This document shows, in pieces, positions 10,901 through 19,727 of a stretch of DNA of 64,000 bases. The DNA is from Bacteroidales bacterium. Lineage in GTDB: Bacteria; Bacteroidota; Bacteroidia; Bacteroidales; Dysgonomonadaceae. Position 1 is the stretch's first letter. Each line of letters opens with the position of its first letter. A model generated the notes under the pieces. It did not search any database, had not been told where the DNA came from, and was given only the letters and a program-made list of their open reading frames with translations. The position numbers and the translations under genes were made by a program. The DNA is taken from NCBI GenBank assembly GCA_012837345.1, contig DURL01000003.1, positions 2,954-66,953 on the forward strand, read 5' to 3'.

Positions 10901-12246
10901 ACCGGCCTTTTTCCCGGATCCGTAATGTCGAGCAGGGTCACACCCAGGCCCCAGGTGCCGGTCCACAAACGCTGCTCATCATCCATGCACAATGCACTCA
11001 CTGAATTGTGACTCAACCTTGCGGTTGACGAAGCGGTGTAATGAGTGAAAACCTCCTCCCCTTTTCTCTTCAGATTTAGACCACCCTCAACCGTTCCAAT
11101 CCACAGATTTTCATCTTCATCTTCCAGAATCGCGTTAACAGGGTTTTGCGACATTGAGCCCTCCACGTTTTTGTCGTGCGTATAGTTCCTGATAAACGCA
11201 TTCCTGGGAGTCAATTTGTTGATCCCCCCTGTTTCGGTGCCCAACCATATCATCCCCTCTTCGGTAAAAATCGTATTGATGAAATTGCTGTTCAATCCGA
11301 AACCCTCGCTTGTGTGCGCTGCTACTATCTGGTCGAATGCATCGGATGAGGTGTTATAGATGTTAATCCCTCTCAGTGTGCCGGCGATCAACTGCCTGGA
11401 ATCGGTCAATGCCAGTTCCGAGACATAATCATGCGACAGAGAGTGAGGATCGCCAGCCTGGCTCCTGTATACCTTCAACACATCTTCGTTCCTGTAATAC
11501 CTGTACAAACCACGGTCAGTGCCTATCCATACATCATTCTCCTTGAGCAGGAATTTCATGATCATGGTTTTGGCACCAAACTTCAGCTTCTCAGATACAG
11601 GTATCGCTTTTAACTGGTTTCTTTCTGATGGGAACAACTTGAATATTTGATTGTTGAAACCGGCCCAGACATTTCCATCATTGTCCATATCGGCGAGCGC
11701 CACAAACAGTTCAGCATGCAGATCATCTTCATAAATCAGAACATCCTGGATGTCACCCTCTTCGGAAAGCTGGATCTTATATATCTTACTGGCATACAAC
11801 CAGATGTCACCCTTTGTATCCTTCATGATATTGAACACCGGGTTTTCAAGAAACGACAAGTTGAGTGAATCAATACCCGAAAACAGCTCCACCTTTTGAT
11901 GATGCCATAAATCCATCACATCCAGACCTCCCTCCGAAACAATCCAGAGGCGGTTGAAATCATCTTCACACACCTTGTGTACAAAATTCCCTTTAATGGC
12001 TACAGGAAACGAGTTCATGTTGTAGTGCGCAAACTTGTATCCGTCATACCGGGAGAGTCCTCCTCCGGTTGAGATCCAGAGGTAACCGGTCACATCCTTG
12101 TAAATGTCATCAATATAATGATGCAACAATCCGTCATCCATCGTGACGAATTGAGTGGTATACTCCTCACCGGTTAATCTCTGTGCAGATATAAAGAGAG
12201 AATGAAGAATCAGGATGGCTACTAAATAAAAAAACTTCCTTTTCAT
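7999..12246 (-). CDS. Hybrid two-component system sensor kinase/response regulator with AraC-type HTH
   Basis: Periplasmic beta-propeller repeats (LWIGT..GGL), Y_Y_Y domain, TM helix, HisKA FFTNVSHEFRTP, ATPase DSGTGI/GTGIGL, receiver DFIISDLMMP, C-terminal AVGFNDPKYFTRCF. Confidence 0.97.
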   Translation of the reverse strand: MKRKFFYLVAILILHSLFISAQRLTGEEYTTQFVTMDDGLLHHYIDDIYKDVTGYLWISTGGGLSRYDGYKFAHYNMNSFPVAIKGNFVHKVCEDDFNRLWIVSEGGLDVMDLWHHQKVELFSGIDSLNLSFLENPVFNIMKDTKGDIWLYASKIYKIQLSEEGDIQDVLIYEDDLHAELFVALADMDNDGNVWAGFNNQIFKLFPSERNQLKAIPVSEKLKFGAKTMIMKFLLKENDVWIGTDRGLYRYYRNEDVLKVYRSQAGDPHSLSHDYVSELALTDSRQLIAGTLRGINIYNTSSDAFDQIVAAHTSEGFGLNSNFINTIFTEEGMIWLGTETGGINKLTPRNAFIRNYTHDKNVEGSMSQNPVNAILEDEDENLWIGTVEGGLNLKRKGEEVFTHYTASSTARLSHNSVSALCMDDEQRLWTGTWGLGVTLLDITDPGKRPVRYIHSGQYPQFLVDFVGALTFDRLNNAMWIGTNQGLFCYDIEKESLEKPFRDNLSDQINGIIGSVIDNDNQLWMGCAEGVYVIDLNRQEDHTFSYVHLKYKLDDPQSKLIERITSFCIDSEGVMWLGSDGFGIYKRMTNEDGSYTFQSYTTSDGLANNNVKGLLEDERGNLWISTINGLSCYNRNNNSFTNYYEEDGLVSSQFYWNAYAKAKSGLLYFGTLDGLVAVDPEMIRSNNAAFRVTLTDFYVNNERVNPGKIIREDISVADEIILHEKTRSFSIDFSALTYRAISNYVYAYRLMGYDDNWIELEKNAHTVTYMNLPAGTYQFQVKYVPKERLDTGEVTQINLRIKPYFYKTVWFISLMLLLVVLAIIMLHIWRVRSYEHQQKVLKQIVDDRTEEIEKQKGVLTTQKNELSQRNLLLSEQNEKITRQKEQLVEMSRKMRKMTTERLDFFTNVSHEFRTPITLIAGPVERALKLSTNPYVIEQLHFAERNSKYLLTLINQLMDFRKIESNKLDVSYRKGDFRDFIESVVTPFDFQAGDRDIQLLRRYDLSNPDFYFDDEGIRKILTNLISNAIKYTPNRGVITVYVKSLRERTTNNEKLYLAVKDSGTGIPEEDKEKVFRRFYQSRNHLIYPVHGQSGTGIGLYLTKQVVEALGGNIWIKNNRKAGTSFRIILPLHTSNPQSQVAQDAKSFHADEKGLNVQNLREWQKDRLTFLVVEDNRDMCRYVCSLLSPHYNTLEAGNGVEAYKILEHYNVDFIISDLMMPEMDGLELSRKVKENFTLSHIPFLMLTAKTSEKARTDSYRMGVDSYIVKPFDENMLLTRIRNILETRERYQQKFIDEMSIETLEISEESNDKKFMDKVLEVMKENYHNSYFEVSDFADTVGVSKSLMNKKLKALSGKSAGEFIRIYRLNLAYNIILQNKKTKNKNIADIAYAVGFNDPKYFTRCFSRQFNITPSKLLEK

Positions 12247-12265
12247 GATACCCTTTCACTACACA

Positions 12266-12273
12266 CAAAAGTA
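12266..12273 (-). promoter_or_regulatory. Bacteroidetes sigma-A -7 element for the HTCS gene
   Basis: TACTTTTG matches TAnnTTTG, 20 nt upstream of the ATG at 12246. Confidence 0.65.
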
Positions 12274-12333
12274 AAAATAATAATCAACCTAAATTAGTTA
12301 AAAATAAACCTATTTTGTCAATTCATCCAATAA

Positions 12334-12388
12334 TCCACCATCTGTGTTCATTTCTCTACCTTTTCGTTAAAAAATAACATTTTGTTTG
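12334..12388 (+). promoter_or_regulatory. GH43/GH51 promoter with direct-repeat operator TCCACC-N15-TCTACC
   Basis: Half-sites at 12334-12339 and 12355-12360; TTTG at 12385-12388, 24 nt later. Confidence 0.75.
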
Positions 12389-12417
12389 TAGAAGAATCTC
12401 AAACGGAAAAAGACAAC

Positions 12418-13926
12418 GTGAAAAAAAAACACACCCTGCTGCAGTTCACTTCAATTTTTACTACTTGCCTGTCACTATTCTTGTTTTCCTGCAAACAAGT
12501 GCAACCATCATTTAGCCCGGAGGCGAAAGTGAATCCGTGGATCGATGACTACGCTCCCCTCTCCGCAATGGAACATTACAAAGAATGGGGAACATACAAT
12601 GTACATGATCCGGCAATAAAAAAATTTGGCGATGATTACTACATCTATTCCACTGATGCCATCTTCGCGGAAAACCGGGAGAGAGCCAGGGAGATGAATG
12701 TACCGCTGGGGAACATCCAGATCAGGAAGTCCAAAGATCTTGTTCACTGGGAGTTTGTGGGATGGGCTTTCCCCGGGATCCCGAAAGAGGCTGTTGACTG
12801 GGTACATGCGCACAATGAAGGCAGAGGAGCGACGAACATCTGGGCTCCCTATGTAATGAAACAGGGGGATAGATACAGGCTTTATTATAGTGTATCAGCA
12901 TTCGGCAAAAAAACATCCTGGATTGGCCTGGCTGAGTCCGCCTCTCCGGAAGGACCATGGGAGCAAAAAGGCACAGTAGTGAAAAGCAACAGCCTTACAC
13001 CGGTCAATGCCATTGACCCGAGTGTAATTGAAGATCCGGACAATGGCAGGATATGGATGCATTACGGATCCTATTTTGGGGGATTGTATTGCGTTGAACT
13101 CGACCCGGCCACAGGATTAACCATGAAGAGAGATGACCTGGGACATCTGATAGCCCGAAGAGCCAACTATCGTAAAGATAACCTTGAAGCACCGGAGATC
13201 ATTTACAACCCTGATTTGAAAAAATACTTCCTTTTCGTCTCTTATGATCCACTGATGACCACCTACAATGTGCGTGTGGGTCGATCAGACAAACCGGAAG
13301 GACCTTTTTACGACTATTTCGGTAAGAACATGAACGATACCCTCAACAACTTCCCCATCATTACAGCCCCCTACCGGTTCGACAATCATCCCGGATGGGC
13401 AGGCACGGGACACTGTGGCATCCTGGCAACAGAAGAGGGGCGTTACTATATGGCACACCAGGGTCGTCTTTCACCGGGAAACCACCTGATGGTGCTGCAT
13501 CTCAGGGAGCTCTTCTTCACCCCTGACGGCTGGCCTGTAGTATCTCCCCAAAGATATGCCGGTGACGCAGAACGGGTGGTTTCGACACAGGATGTTGCCG
13601 GTGAATGGGAGTTGATCCGCATCCGGGAATCGACCTACGATCGGCAGCTGGCAGCAGGGCAGATATTGTGGGGAGAGGGCAGCCTGAAAGAGGAGGAGTG
13701 GAACAATTCATTTCATTTGAATCTGAACGCAGACGGCACCACAGGCGACAACGGTTCCTGGACCTTTGCTAAAAAAAACCAAACATTATCATTATCTTTG
13801 GGCAGGGATACCATCCGTAATTTGTTTATCTTTACCGGACAGGACTGGGAAAACCAGAAGCATACACTCCTTTTTACCGGACTGGATGATGAGGGTCGTT
13901 CGGTGTGGGGAAAACGCATAAAATAA
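12418..13926 (+). CDS. GH43 endo-arabinanase lipoprotein with C-terminal beta-domain
   Basis: NVHDP, WAPYV, NAIDPS and LEAPEI catalytic motifs; lipobox FLFSC. GTG at 12418 preferred because the track's TTG start (12382) overlaps the promoter. Confidence 0.92.
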   Translation: MKKKHTLLQFTSIFTTCLSLFLFSCKQVQPSFSPEAKVNPWIDDYAPLSAMEHYKEWGTYNVHDPAIKKFGDDYYIYSTDAIFAENRERAREMNVPLGNIQIRKSKDLVHWEFVGWAFPGIPKEAVDWVHAHNEGRGATNIWAPYVMKQGDRYRLYYSVSAFGKKTSWIGLAESASPEGPWEQKGTVVKSNSLTPVNAIDPSVIEDPDNGRIWMHYGSYFGGLYCVELDPATGLTMKRDDLGHLIARRANYRKDNLEAPEIIYNPDLKKYFLFVSYDPLMTTYNVRVGRSDKPEGPFYDYFGKNMNDTLNNFPIITAPYRFDNHPGWAGTGHCGILATEEGRYYMAHQGRLSPGNHLMVLHLRELFFTPDGWPVVSPQRYAGDAERVVSTQDVAGEWELIRIRESTYDRQLAAGQILWGEGSLKEEEWNNSFHLNLNADGTTGDNGSWTFAKKNQTLSLSLGRDTIRNLFIFTGQDWENQKHTLLFTGLDDEGRSVWGKRIK

Positions 13927-13948
13927 CCACCACATAAAATAATCAGAC

Positions 13949-15925
13949 ATGAAGAATTGTACGATTTTATTCGCTGCCTTGCTGGCACTCTCTTTTGGCT
14001 TCGCCCTCCATGCACAGACCAACGAAATGACGATCCAGGCAAACAGGAAGGGGGCTGAAATTCAACCCACCATGTACGGTTTGTTTTTTGAGGATATCAA
14101 TTATGCAGCCGACGGGGGTCTCTATGCCGAATTAATCAAGAACCGCTCCTTTGAGTTTCCGCAAAATTTTATGGGATGGGAAACATATGGAAAGGTGACA
14201 TTGAAGGATGACGGTCCCTTTGAACGAAACCCGCACTATGTACGTCTCGATGATCCCGGACATGCTCACAAACGCACCGGACTACAAAACGAGGGTTTTT
14301 TCGGAATTGGAATAGAAGAAGGGAAAGAGTATCGTTTCTCTGTATGGGCCCGCGTACCGGGTGAAGCAAGTGAGATCAGGGTGCAGCTAATTCACTACTC
14401 TTCGATGGGTGAACATCAGGCACTGGTATCAGAGGCGCTTGTCGTCGATTCAAAAGAGTGGAAGAAATATCAATTGGTATTCAAATCACCGGAAACACAA
14501 CCCAAGGCGATGTTACGTATCTTCCTGGAATCAGGAAACAGTGTTGATCTGGAGCATATCTCGCTCTTTCCCGTTGACACATGGAACGGACATGAAAATG
14601 GACTGCGTAAGGATCTGGCACAGGCCCTTTATGACATCCGTCCGGGCGTCTTCCGTTTCCCGGGAGGATGTATTGTAGAGGGTACAGACCTGGCAACACG
14701 CTATGACTGGAAAAAAAGTGTGGGGCCGGTTGAGAACAGGCCATTGAACGAAAACCGCTGGCACTATACATTCCCTCATCGTTTTTTTCCTGACTATTTC
14801 CAGAGCTACGGACTGGGTTTCTACGAGTATTTCCTTCTTTCGGAAGAACTGGGTGCCGAGCCGCTACCGGTACTGAGTGTGGGACTGGCATGTCAGTTTC
14901 AGAATGAGGAAGAGCATGCACATGTGGCTGTATGTGATCTGGATGGATACATCCGTGATGCGCTCGACCTGATTGAGTTCGCCAACGGCAGCCCTGATAG
15001 CGAATGGGGCAAGGTGCGGGCAGAAATGGGTCACGCAGAGCCCTTTAACCTCAAATTTATCGCTATTGGAAACGAACAATGGGGAGAGGAATATGTGGTA
15101 CGACTGAAACCCTTCGTAGAAGCAATCCGCAAGCAATACCCCGAAATGATGATTATTGGCGGTTCCGGCCCCGGCTCGGAAGGTGAACAGTTTGAATACC
15201 TCTGGCCTGAGATGAAAAAGCTGAATGTCGACCTGGTGGATGAACATTTCTATCGCCCTGAAAGCTGGTTCCTCAGCGAGGGAGCACGTTACGACAATTA
15301 CGACCGCAAGGGACCCAAAGTGTTCGCCGGCGAGTATGCCTGCCACGGAAAAGGAAAGAAATGGAACCACTTCTACACCTCACTCCTGGAGGCAGCTTTC
15401 ATGACCGGAATGGAGCGTAATGCCGACATCGTTCACATGGCCACCTACGCACCTCTCTTCGCGCATGTGGAAGGGTGGCAGTGGCGTCCCGACATGATCT
15501 GGTTTGACAACCTGCACAGTGTGAAAACCGTAAGCTACTACGTGCAGCAGTTGTTCTCGCTGAACAAAGGAACCCATGTGCTGCCGCTGACGATGAACGG
15601 AATAGCGATTACCGGTGCGGATGGACAAAACGGACTCTTCGCGAGCGCCGTATGGGACAACGATCAGAGCGAGGTGATTGTGAAAATCGTAAACACATCG
15701 GAGAAGAGACAACCGCTTCAGATAAACGTCAATGGATTAAAAAAGAGTGAGAATCTCACTAACGGCAGGGTCATACAGTTGAAATCGGATGAGCCGGATG
15801 CTGAAAACACCATCGCCAACCCCACGCTGATTGTCCCCGTTGAAAGTGAAATCGTGATCGACGGCCATAAGCTGGAGTCAGCGATTGATCCCCACACATT
15901 CAATATTTACAAGATCAAATTGTAA
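13949..15925 (+). CDS. GH51 alpha-L-arabinofuranosidase with N-terminal CBM-like domain
   Basis: Signal peptide; FFEDINYAADGGLYAELIKNRSFE, FRFPGGC, IGNEQWG (acid/base) and AGEYA (nucleophile). Confidence 0.95.
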   Translation: MKNCTILFAALLALSFGFALHAQTNEMTIQANRKGAEIQPTMYGLFFEDINYAADGGLYAELIKNRSFEFPQNFMGWETYGKVTLKDDGPFERNPHYVRLDDPGHAHKRTGLQNEGFFGIGIEEGKEYRFSVWARVPGEASEIRVQLIHYSSMGEHQALVSEALVVDSKEWKKYQLVFKSPETQPKAMLRIFLESGNSVDLEHISLFPVDTWNGHENGLRKDLAQALYDIRPGVFRFPGGCIVEGTDLATRYDWKKSVGPVENRPLNENRWHYTFPHRFFPDYFQSYGLGFYEYFLLSEELGAEPLPVLSVGLACQFQNEEEHAHVAVCDLDGYIRDALDLIEFANGSPDSEWGKVRAEMGHAEPFNLKFIAIGNEQWGEEYVVRLKPFVEAIRKQYPEMMIIGGSGPGSEGEQFEYLWPEMKKLNVDLVDEHFYRPESWFLSEGARYDNYDRKGPKVFAGEYACHGKGKKWNHFYTSLLEAAFMTGMERNADIVHMATYAPLFAHVEGWQWRPDMIWFDNLHSVKTVSYYVQQLFSLNKGTHVLPLTMNGIAITGADGQNGLFASAVWDNDQSEVIVKIVNTSEKRQPLQINVNGLKKSENLTNGRVIQLKSDEPDAENTIANPTLIVPVESEIVIDGHKLESAIDPHTFNIYKIKL

Positions 15926-15966
15926 TAACAGGATAACATTCCCGTCATAAAAGCTGGAGAGTCAAC

Positions 15967-16002
15967 ACAAAAGCTGGATGAGCACGCTCATCCAGCTTTT
16001 GT
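15967..16002 (+). terminator. Intrinsic terminator after the first GH51
   Basis: Perfect 17-bp inverted repeat ACAAAAGCTGGATGAGC-AC-GCTCATCCAGCTTTTGT including a T-run. Confidence 0.85.
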
Positions 16003-16010
16003 TGAATAAA

Positions 16011-16065
16011 TCCACCATCTGTACTCATTTCTCTACCTGTTAGTTGGATAAATATGTTATTTTTG
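16011..16065 (+). promoter_or_regulatory. GH97 promoter with direct-repeat operator TCCACC-N15-TCTACC and -7 element TATTTTTG
   Basis: Half-sites at 16011-16016 and 16032-16037; consensus TATTTTTG at 16058-16065, with TTTG 24 nt after the second half-site. Confidence 0.8.
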
Positions 16066-16088
16066 TGCAGATATCAACATATGAACCG

Positions 16089-18029
16089 ATGAAAAGATTT
16101 ATACTGAGTCTCTTCTTGTTTTCGTTTCTGATTCCGCTCTCTTCAGAGAACATAAAGATCAGCAGCCCCGACAATAAGCTGCAGGCAGATATCAATTTGG
16201 AGAATGGAGAGCTCACATACAGCGTCCGTTACAAGGAAAGGATTATACTGGAAGATTCGCCCCTGGGACTGATCACCAATGTAAGCGATTTCAGTCGTAA
16301 CCTGATACTGGTAGAAACGAATGAGACAACCATACAACACTCCTATCAGGAACCAAAGATCAAACAAAGCAGGGTGGATTACCTGGCCAACGAAGTGACC
16401 TGCACCTATGAGACAACAGAGAAGGAACAGTTCAGCATCACCTTCCGGGTGAGCAACCACGACATCGCATTCCGCTATTCACTGGCACAGAACGGAGAGA
16501 CTGCCCGTTGCATCATCGAAAAAGAACTGACCGGGTTCAACTTCCCCTCTTTCACCACTACCTTCCTCACCCCGCAGGCGACACCCATGATCGGCTGGAT
16601 GAGAACCAAACCCAGCTACGAAGAAGAATATCTGCCTGATGAACCAATCGGCACACCTTCCAGATATGGCCTGGGATACACCTTCCCCGGACTGTTCCAT
16701 GTGGGCGACAATGGCTGGGCATTGCTCTCCGAGACTGGTGTCGACAGCCGTTACTGCGGCTCAAAGCTGAGTGAGGGTACTGCTGAGGGTCTTTACACCA
16801 TCGCCTACCCGGAAGAGGGAGAGAACAACAGTATCGGCAACGCCAATCCTGCTATCCCATTACCGGGGGTGACTCCCTGGCGCACCATCACCGTGGGTGA
16901 CAACCTGAAACCAATTGTCGAGACCACCATCGCATTCGACCTGGTTGAACCACTTTATGAACCCTCAAGGGAGTACCGGTTCGGTCGCTCCACCTGGAGC
17001 TGGCTCCTCTGGCAGGACGGAAGCATCAACTACGACGACCAGAAATCATTCATCGACCTCTCGGCAGAGATGGGTTATGAACTGGTACTCATCGACAACT
17101 GGTGGGAGAGCCGTATCGGCAAGGAAAAGATTGAACAATTGGCACAATATGCCGCTTCCAAAAATGTAGGGATTGCCCTCTGGTACAACTCCAACGGCTT
17201 TTGGAGCGACGCACCACAGGGACCCAAGAACCGCATGAACCGATCTGTTGTCCGCAAAAAGGAGATGGCATGGATGCAAAGCATCGGTGTGAAAGGGATC
17301 AAAGTCGATTTCTTTGGCGGGGACAAGCAGGAGACCATGAAGCTCTATGAAGAGATCCTGTCGGACGCCAACGATTACGGGCTGACGGTTATCTTTCATG
17401 GATGCACCCTCCCCCGCGGATGGGAACGGATGTATCCCAACTTTGCCGGCAGCGAGGCGGTACTGGCATCTGAAAACCTGATCTTCACACAGCACGCCAA
17501 CGATCACGAAGCATACAACGCAGCGTTGCACCCCTTCATCCGGAACAGCGTGGCATCGATGGACTTCGGTCCCGTGCTGCTCAACAAACGACACAACCGT
17601 AACAACGACGGGGGAACCACCCGCAGGACAACGGAGACCTTCCAGATGGCAACAGCTGTACTGTTTCAGTCGCCCATCCAGAATTTCGGTATCACTCCCA
17701 ACAACCTGACGGAGCAACCCTCGTTCGTGATCGACTTCATGAAAAAGATCCCCACCCTTTGGGATGAGACTCTCCTCATCGACGGGTATCCGGGTAAATA
17801 TGTGGTGCTGGCCAGGCGTCATGGAGAACAATGGTACGTGGCGGGCATCAATGCCGGGAAAGAAGAAAAAATGATCACCCTCAGACTGCCGATGTTGACC
17901 GGAAAGAGTCTGCTTCTCTATAACGACAGGAATGACAGAACTGCACAGCTCCTGCAACAGAAACTAACTGCAAAGGGAGAACTGGTGGTGACACTGCAAC
18001 CGGAGGGTGGATTCATCGTAACAAATTGA
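16089..18029 (+). CDS. GH97 glycoside hydrolase, retaining-type signature
   Basis: Signal peptide MKRFILSLFLFSFLIPLSS; SPDNKL, TPWRTI, GIKVDFFGGD, FHGCTLPRGWERMYPN and VVLARRHG GH97 motifs. Start reassigned from TTG 16044, which overlaps the promoter. Confidence 0.92.
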   Translation: MKRFILSLFLFSFLIPLSSENIKISSPDNKLQADINLENGELTYSVRYKERIILEDSPLGLITNVSDFSRNLILVETNETTIQHSYQEPKIKQSRVDYLANEVTCTYETTEKEQFSITFRVSNHDIAFRYSLAQNGETARCIIEKELTGFNFPSFTTTFLTPQATPMIGWMRTKPSYEEEYLPDEPIGTPSRYGLGYTFPGLFHVGDNGWALLSETGVDSRYCGSKLSEGTAEGLYTIAYPEEGENNSIGNANPAIPLPGVTPWRTITVGDNLKPIVETTIAFDLVEPLYEPSREYRFGRSTWSWLLWQDGSINYDDQKSFIDLSAEMGYELVLIDNWWESRIGKEKIEQLAQYAASKNVGIALWYNSNGFWSDAPQGPKNRMNRSVVRKKEMAWMQSIGVKGIKVDFFGGDKQETMKLYEEILSDANDYGLTVIFHGCTLPRGWERMYPNFAGSEAVLASENLIFTQHANDHEAYNAALHPFIRNSVASMDFGPVLLNKRHNRNNDGGTTRRTTETFQMATAVLFQSPIQNFGITPNNLTEQPSFVIDFMKKIPTLWDETLLIDGYPGKYVVLARRHGEQWYVAGINAGKEEKMITLRLPMLTGKSLLLYNDRNDRTAQLLQQKLTAKGELVVTLQPEGGFIVTN

Positions 18030-18054
18030 GGCTCCTGTAGGATCTGAATAAAAT

Positions 18055-18075
18055 AAGTATTAACTTTACACTCAT
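18055..18075 (+). promoter_or_regulatory. Imperfect palindromic operator overlapping the ara operon promoter (AraR-like)
   Basis: AGTATTAACTTTACACT (18056-18072) has 12 of 16 arm positions symmetric and overlaps a near-consensus -7 element TAACTTTA (18061-18068). Confidence 0.6.
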
Positions 18076-18175
18076 TAATTGGCCATTGAGGGTAAACCCT
18101 CATCTGATCCCGGAAATGTTTGTCGATCGCAATATTCCAATTGAAATTCAATCATTCAACATAAAACTGAAACCC

Positions 18176-19717
18176 ATGAAACTGAAAAGAACTCTCCAGA
18201 TTTTGACACTGCTGTTGATCGGCAGCACTGCCCTTAATGCACAGAACCGATTGATCATTGAAGCCGACCGTGGAGCAAACACCATCAACCGCCACATTTA
18301 CGGCCATTTTTCCGAACACCTCGGACGCTGTATATACGGCGGGTACTGGGTGGGTGAAGATTCCTCCACACCCAACACACGCGGTATCCGCAACGATGTG
18401 GTGGCAGCGCTGAAAGAGATCCAGATACCCAACCTGCGATGGCCGGGAGGGTGCTTTGCCGACGAGTATCACTGGATGGACGGCATCGGACCGCGTGATC
18501 AAAGACCCAAGATGATCAACACCCACTGGGGTGGCGTGGTGGAAGACAACAGCTTCGGCACCCATGAGTTCCTTGACCTGTGCGAACAGCTGGGTACCGA
18601 GCCCTATATCAGCGCCAACGTGGGTAGCGGCACGGTGGAAGAGATGTCGAAATGGGTCGAATATGTCACCTTCGATGGTGAGAGCCCGATGGCCAACCTG
18701 CGGCGCCAGAACGGTCGTGAAGAGCCCTGGAAGGTGAAGTTCTGGGGAATAGGCAATGAGAGCTGGGGCTGCGGTGGCAACATGGAACCCGATTATTACG
18801 CCAACCTCTACCGTCATTATGCCACCTTCGCCAGGAACTATGGCGACAATCGGGTATACAAGATTGCCTGCGGCGCCAACGGGGGCGACTACAACTGGAC
18901 CGAAACCGTGATGAAGAATGCGGGACGTCACATGCAGGGTCTCTCGCTTCACTACTACACCGTTCCAAGAGACTGGAGCGACAAGGGATCGGCCCTTCAG
19001 TTCGACGAAGCGGAATATTTCACCACCATCGAAAAGACCCTCTTCATGGATGAACTGATCACTAAGCATGGGGCCATCATGGACCGCTACGATCCGCAGA
19101 AGAGAGTGGGCCTGATCATCGACGAGTGGGGTACCTGGTACAATGTGGAGCCGGGCACCAACCCGGGGTTCCTCTATCAGCAGAACACCCTGCGCGATGC
19201 CATCGTGGCAGGCATCAACCTCAACATCTTCAACAGGCACAGTGACCGCGTGCAGATGGCCAACCTGGCACAGACCGTGAATGTGCTTCAGTCGGTGATC
19301 CTGACCGACGAGGAAAAGATGTTACGTACCCCCACCTATTGGGTATTCTACCTCTACAAGGTACACCAGAATGCGACCCTTCTTCCCATCTCCTTCACCA
19401 GCACCAAGTACCGACAGAGTAACAGGGAGATTGATGCTGTCAGCGTCTCCGCATCAAAAGATGCCAACGGCAAGATTCACATCACACTGGTGAATGCTGA
19501 TCCCAGCAACGAACAGCAGATCAGCACCCAGTTGATAGGTGCATCAGTAAAAAAAGTGAGCGGTCAGATGCTCACCTCGGCAAAGATTGATGACCACAAC
19601 ACATTTGAACAACCGGACAAGGTAAGCATAACTGACTTCAGGGGAGCAACCCTGAAGAACGGTGACCTCTCGGTGGTATTACCTCCGAAGTCAGTGGTGA
19701 TGCTGGAAATACTATAA
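18176..19717 (+). CDS. GH51 alpha-L-arabinofuranosidase (AbfA type)
   Basis: Signal peptide from ATG 18176; [30 protein letters not shown] and [15 protein letters not shown]. Confidence 0.95.
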   Translation: MKLKRTLQILTLLLIGSTALNAQNRLIIEADRGANTINRHIYGHFSEHLGRCIYGGYWVGEDSSTPNTRGIRNDVVAALKEIQIPNLRWPGGCFADEYHWMDGIGPRDQRPKMINTHWGGVVEDNSFGTHEFLDLCEQLGTEPYISANVGSGTVEEMSKWVEYVTFDGESPMANLRRQNGREEPWKVKFWGIGNESWGCGGNMEPDYYANLYRHYATFARNYGDNRVYKIACGANGGDYNWTETVMKNAGRHMQGLSLHYYTVPRDWSDKGSALQFDEAEYFTTIEKTLFMDELITKHGAIMDRYDPQKRVGLIIDEWGTWYNVEPGTNPGFLYQQNTLRDAIVAGINLNIFNRHSDRVQMANLAQTVNVLQSVILTDEEKMLRTPTYWVFYLYKVHQNATLLPISFTSTKYRQSNREIDAVSVSASKDANGKIHITLVNADPSNEQQISTQLIGASVKKVSGQMLTSAKIDDHNTFEQPDKVSITDFRGATLKNGDLSVVLPPKSVVMLEIL

Positions 19718-19727
19718 AACAAATGAT

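Noticed and set aside
12421-12429. A9 tract right after the GH43 start (also A8 at about 13771 and an A-run before araA) as phase-variation switches
   Set aside because: A-runs near starts are common in Bacteroidetes, all frames are intact, and there is no read-level evidence.
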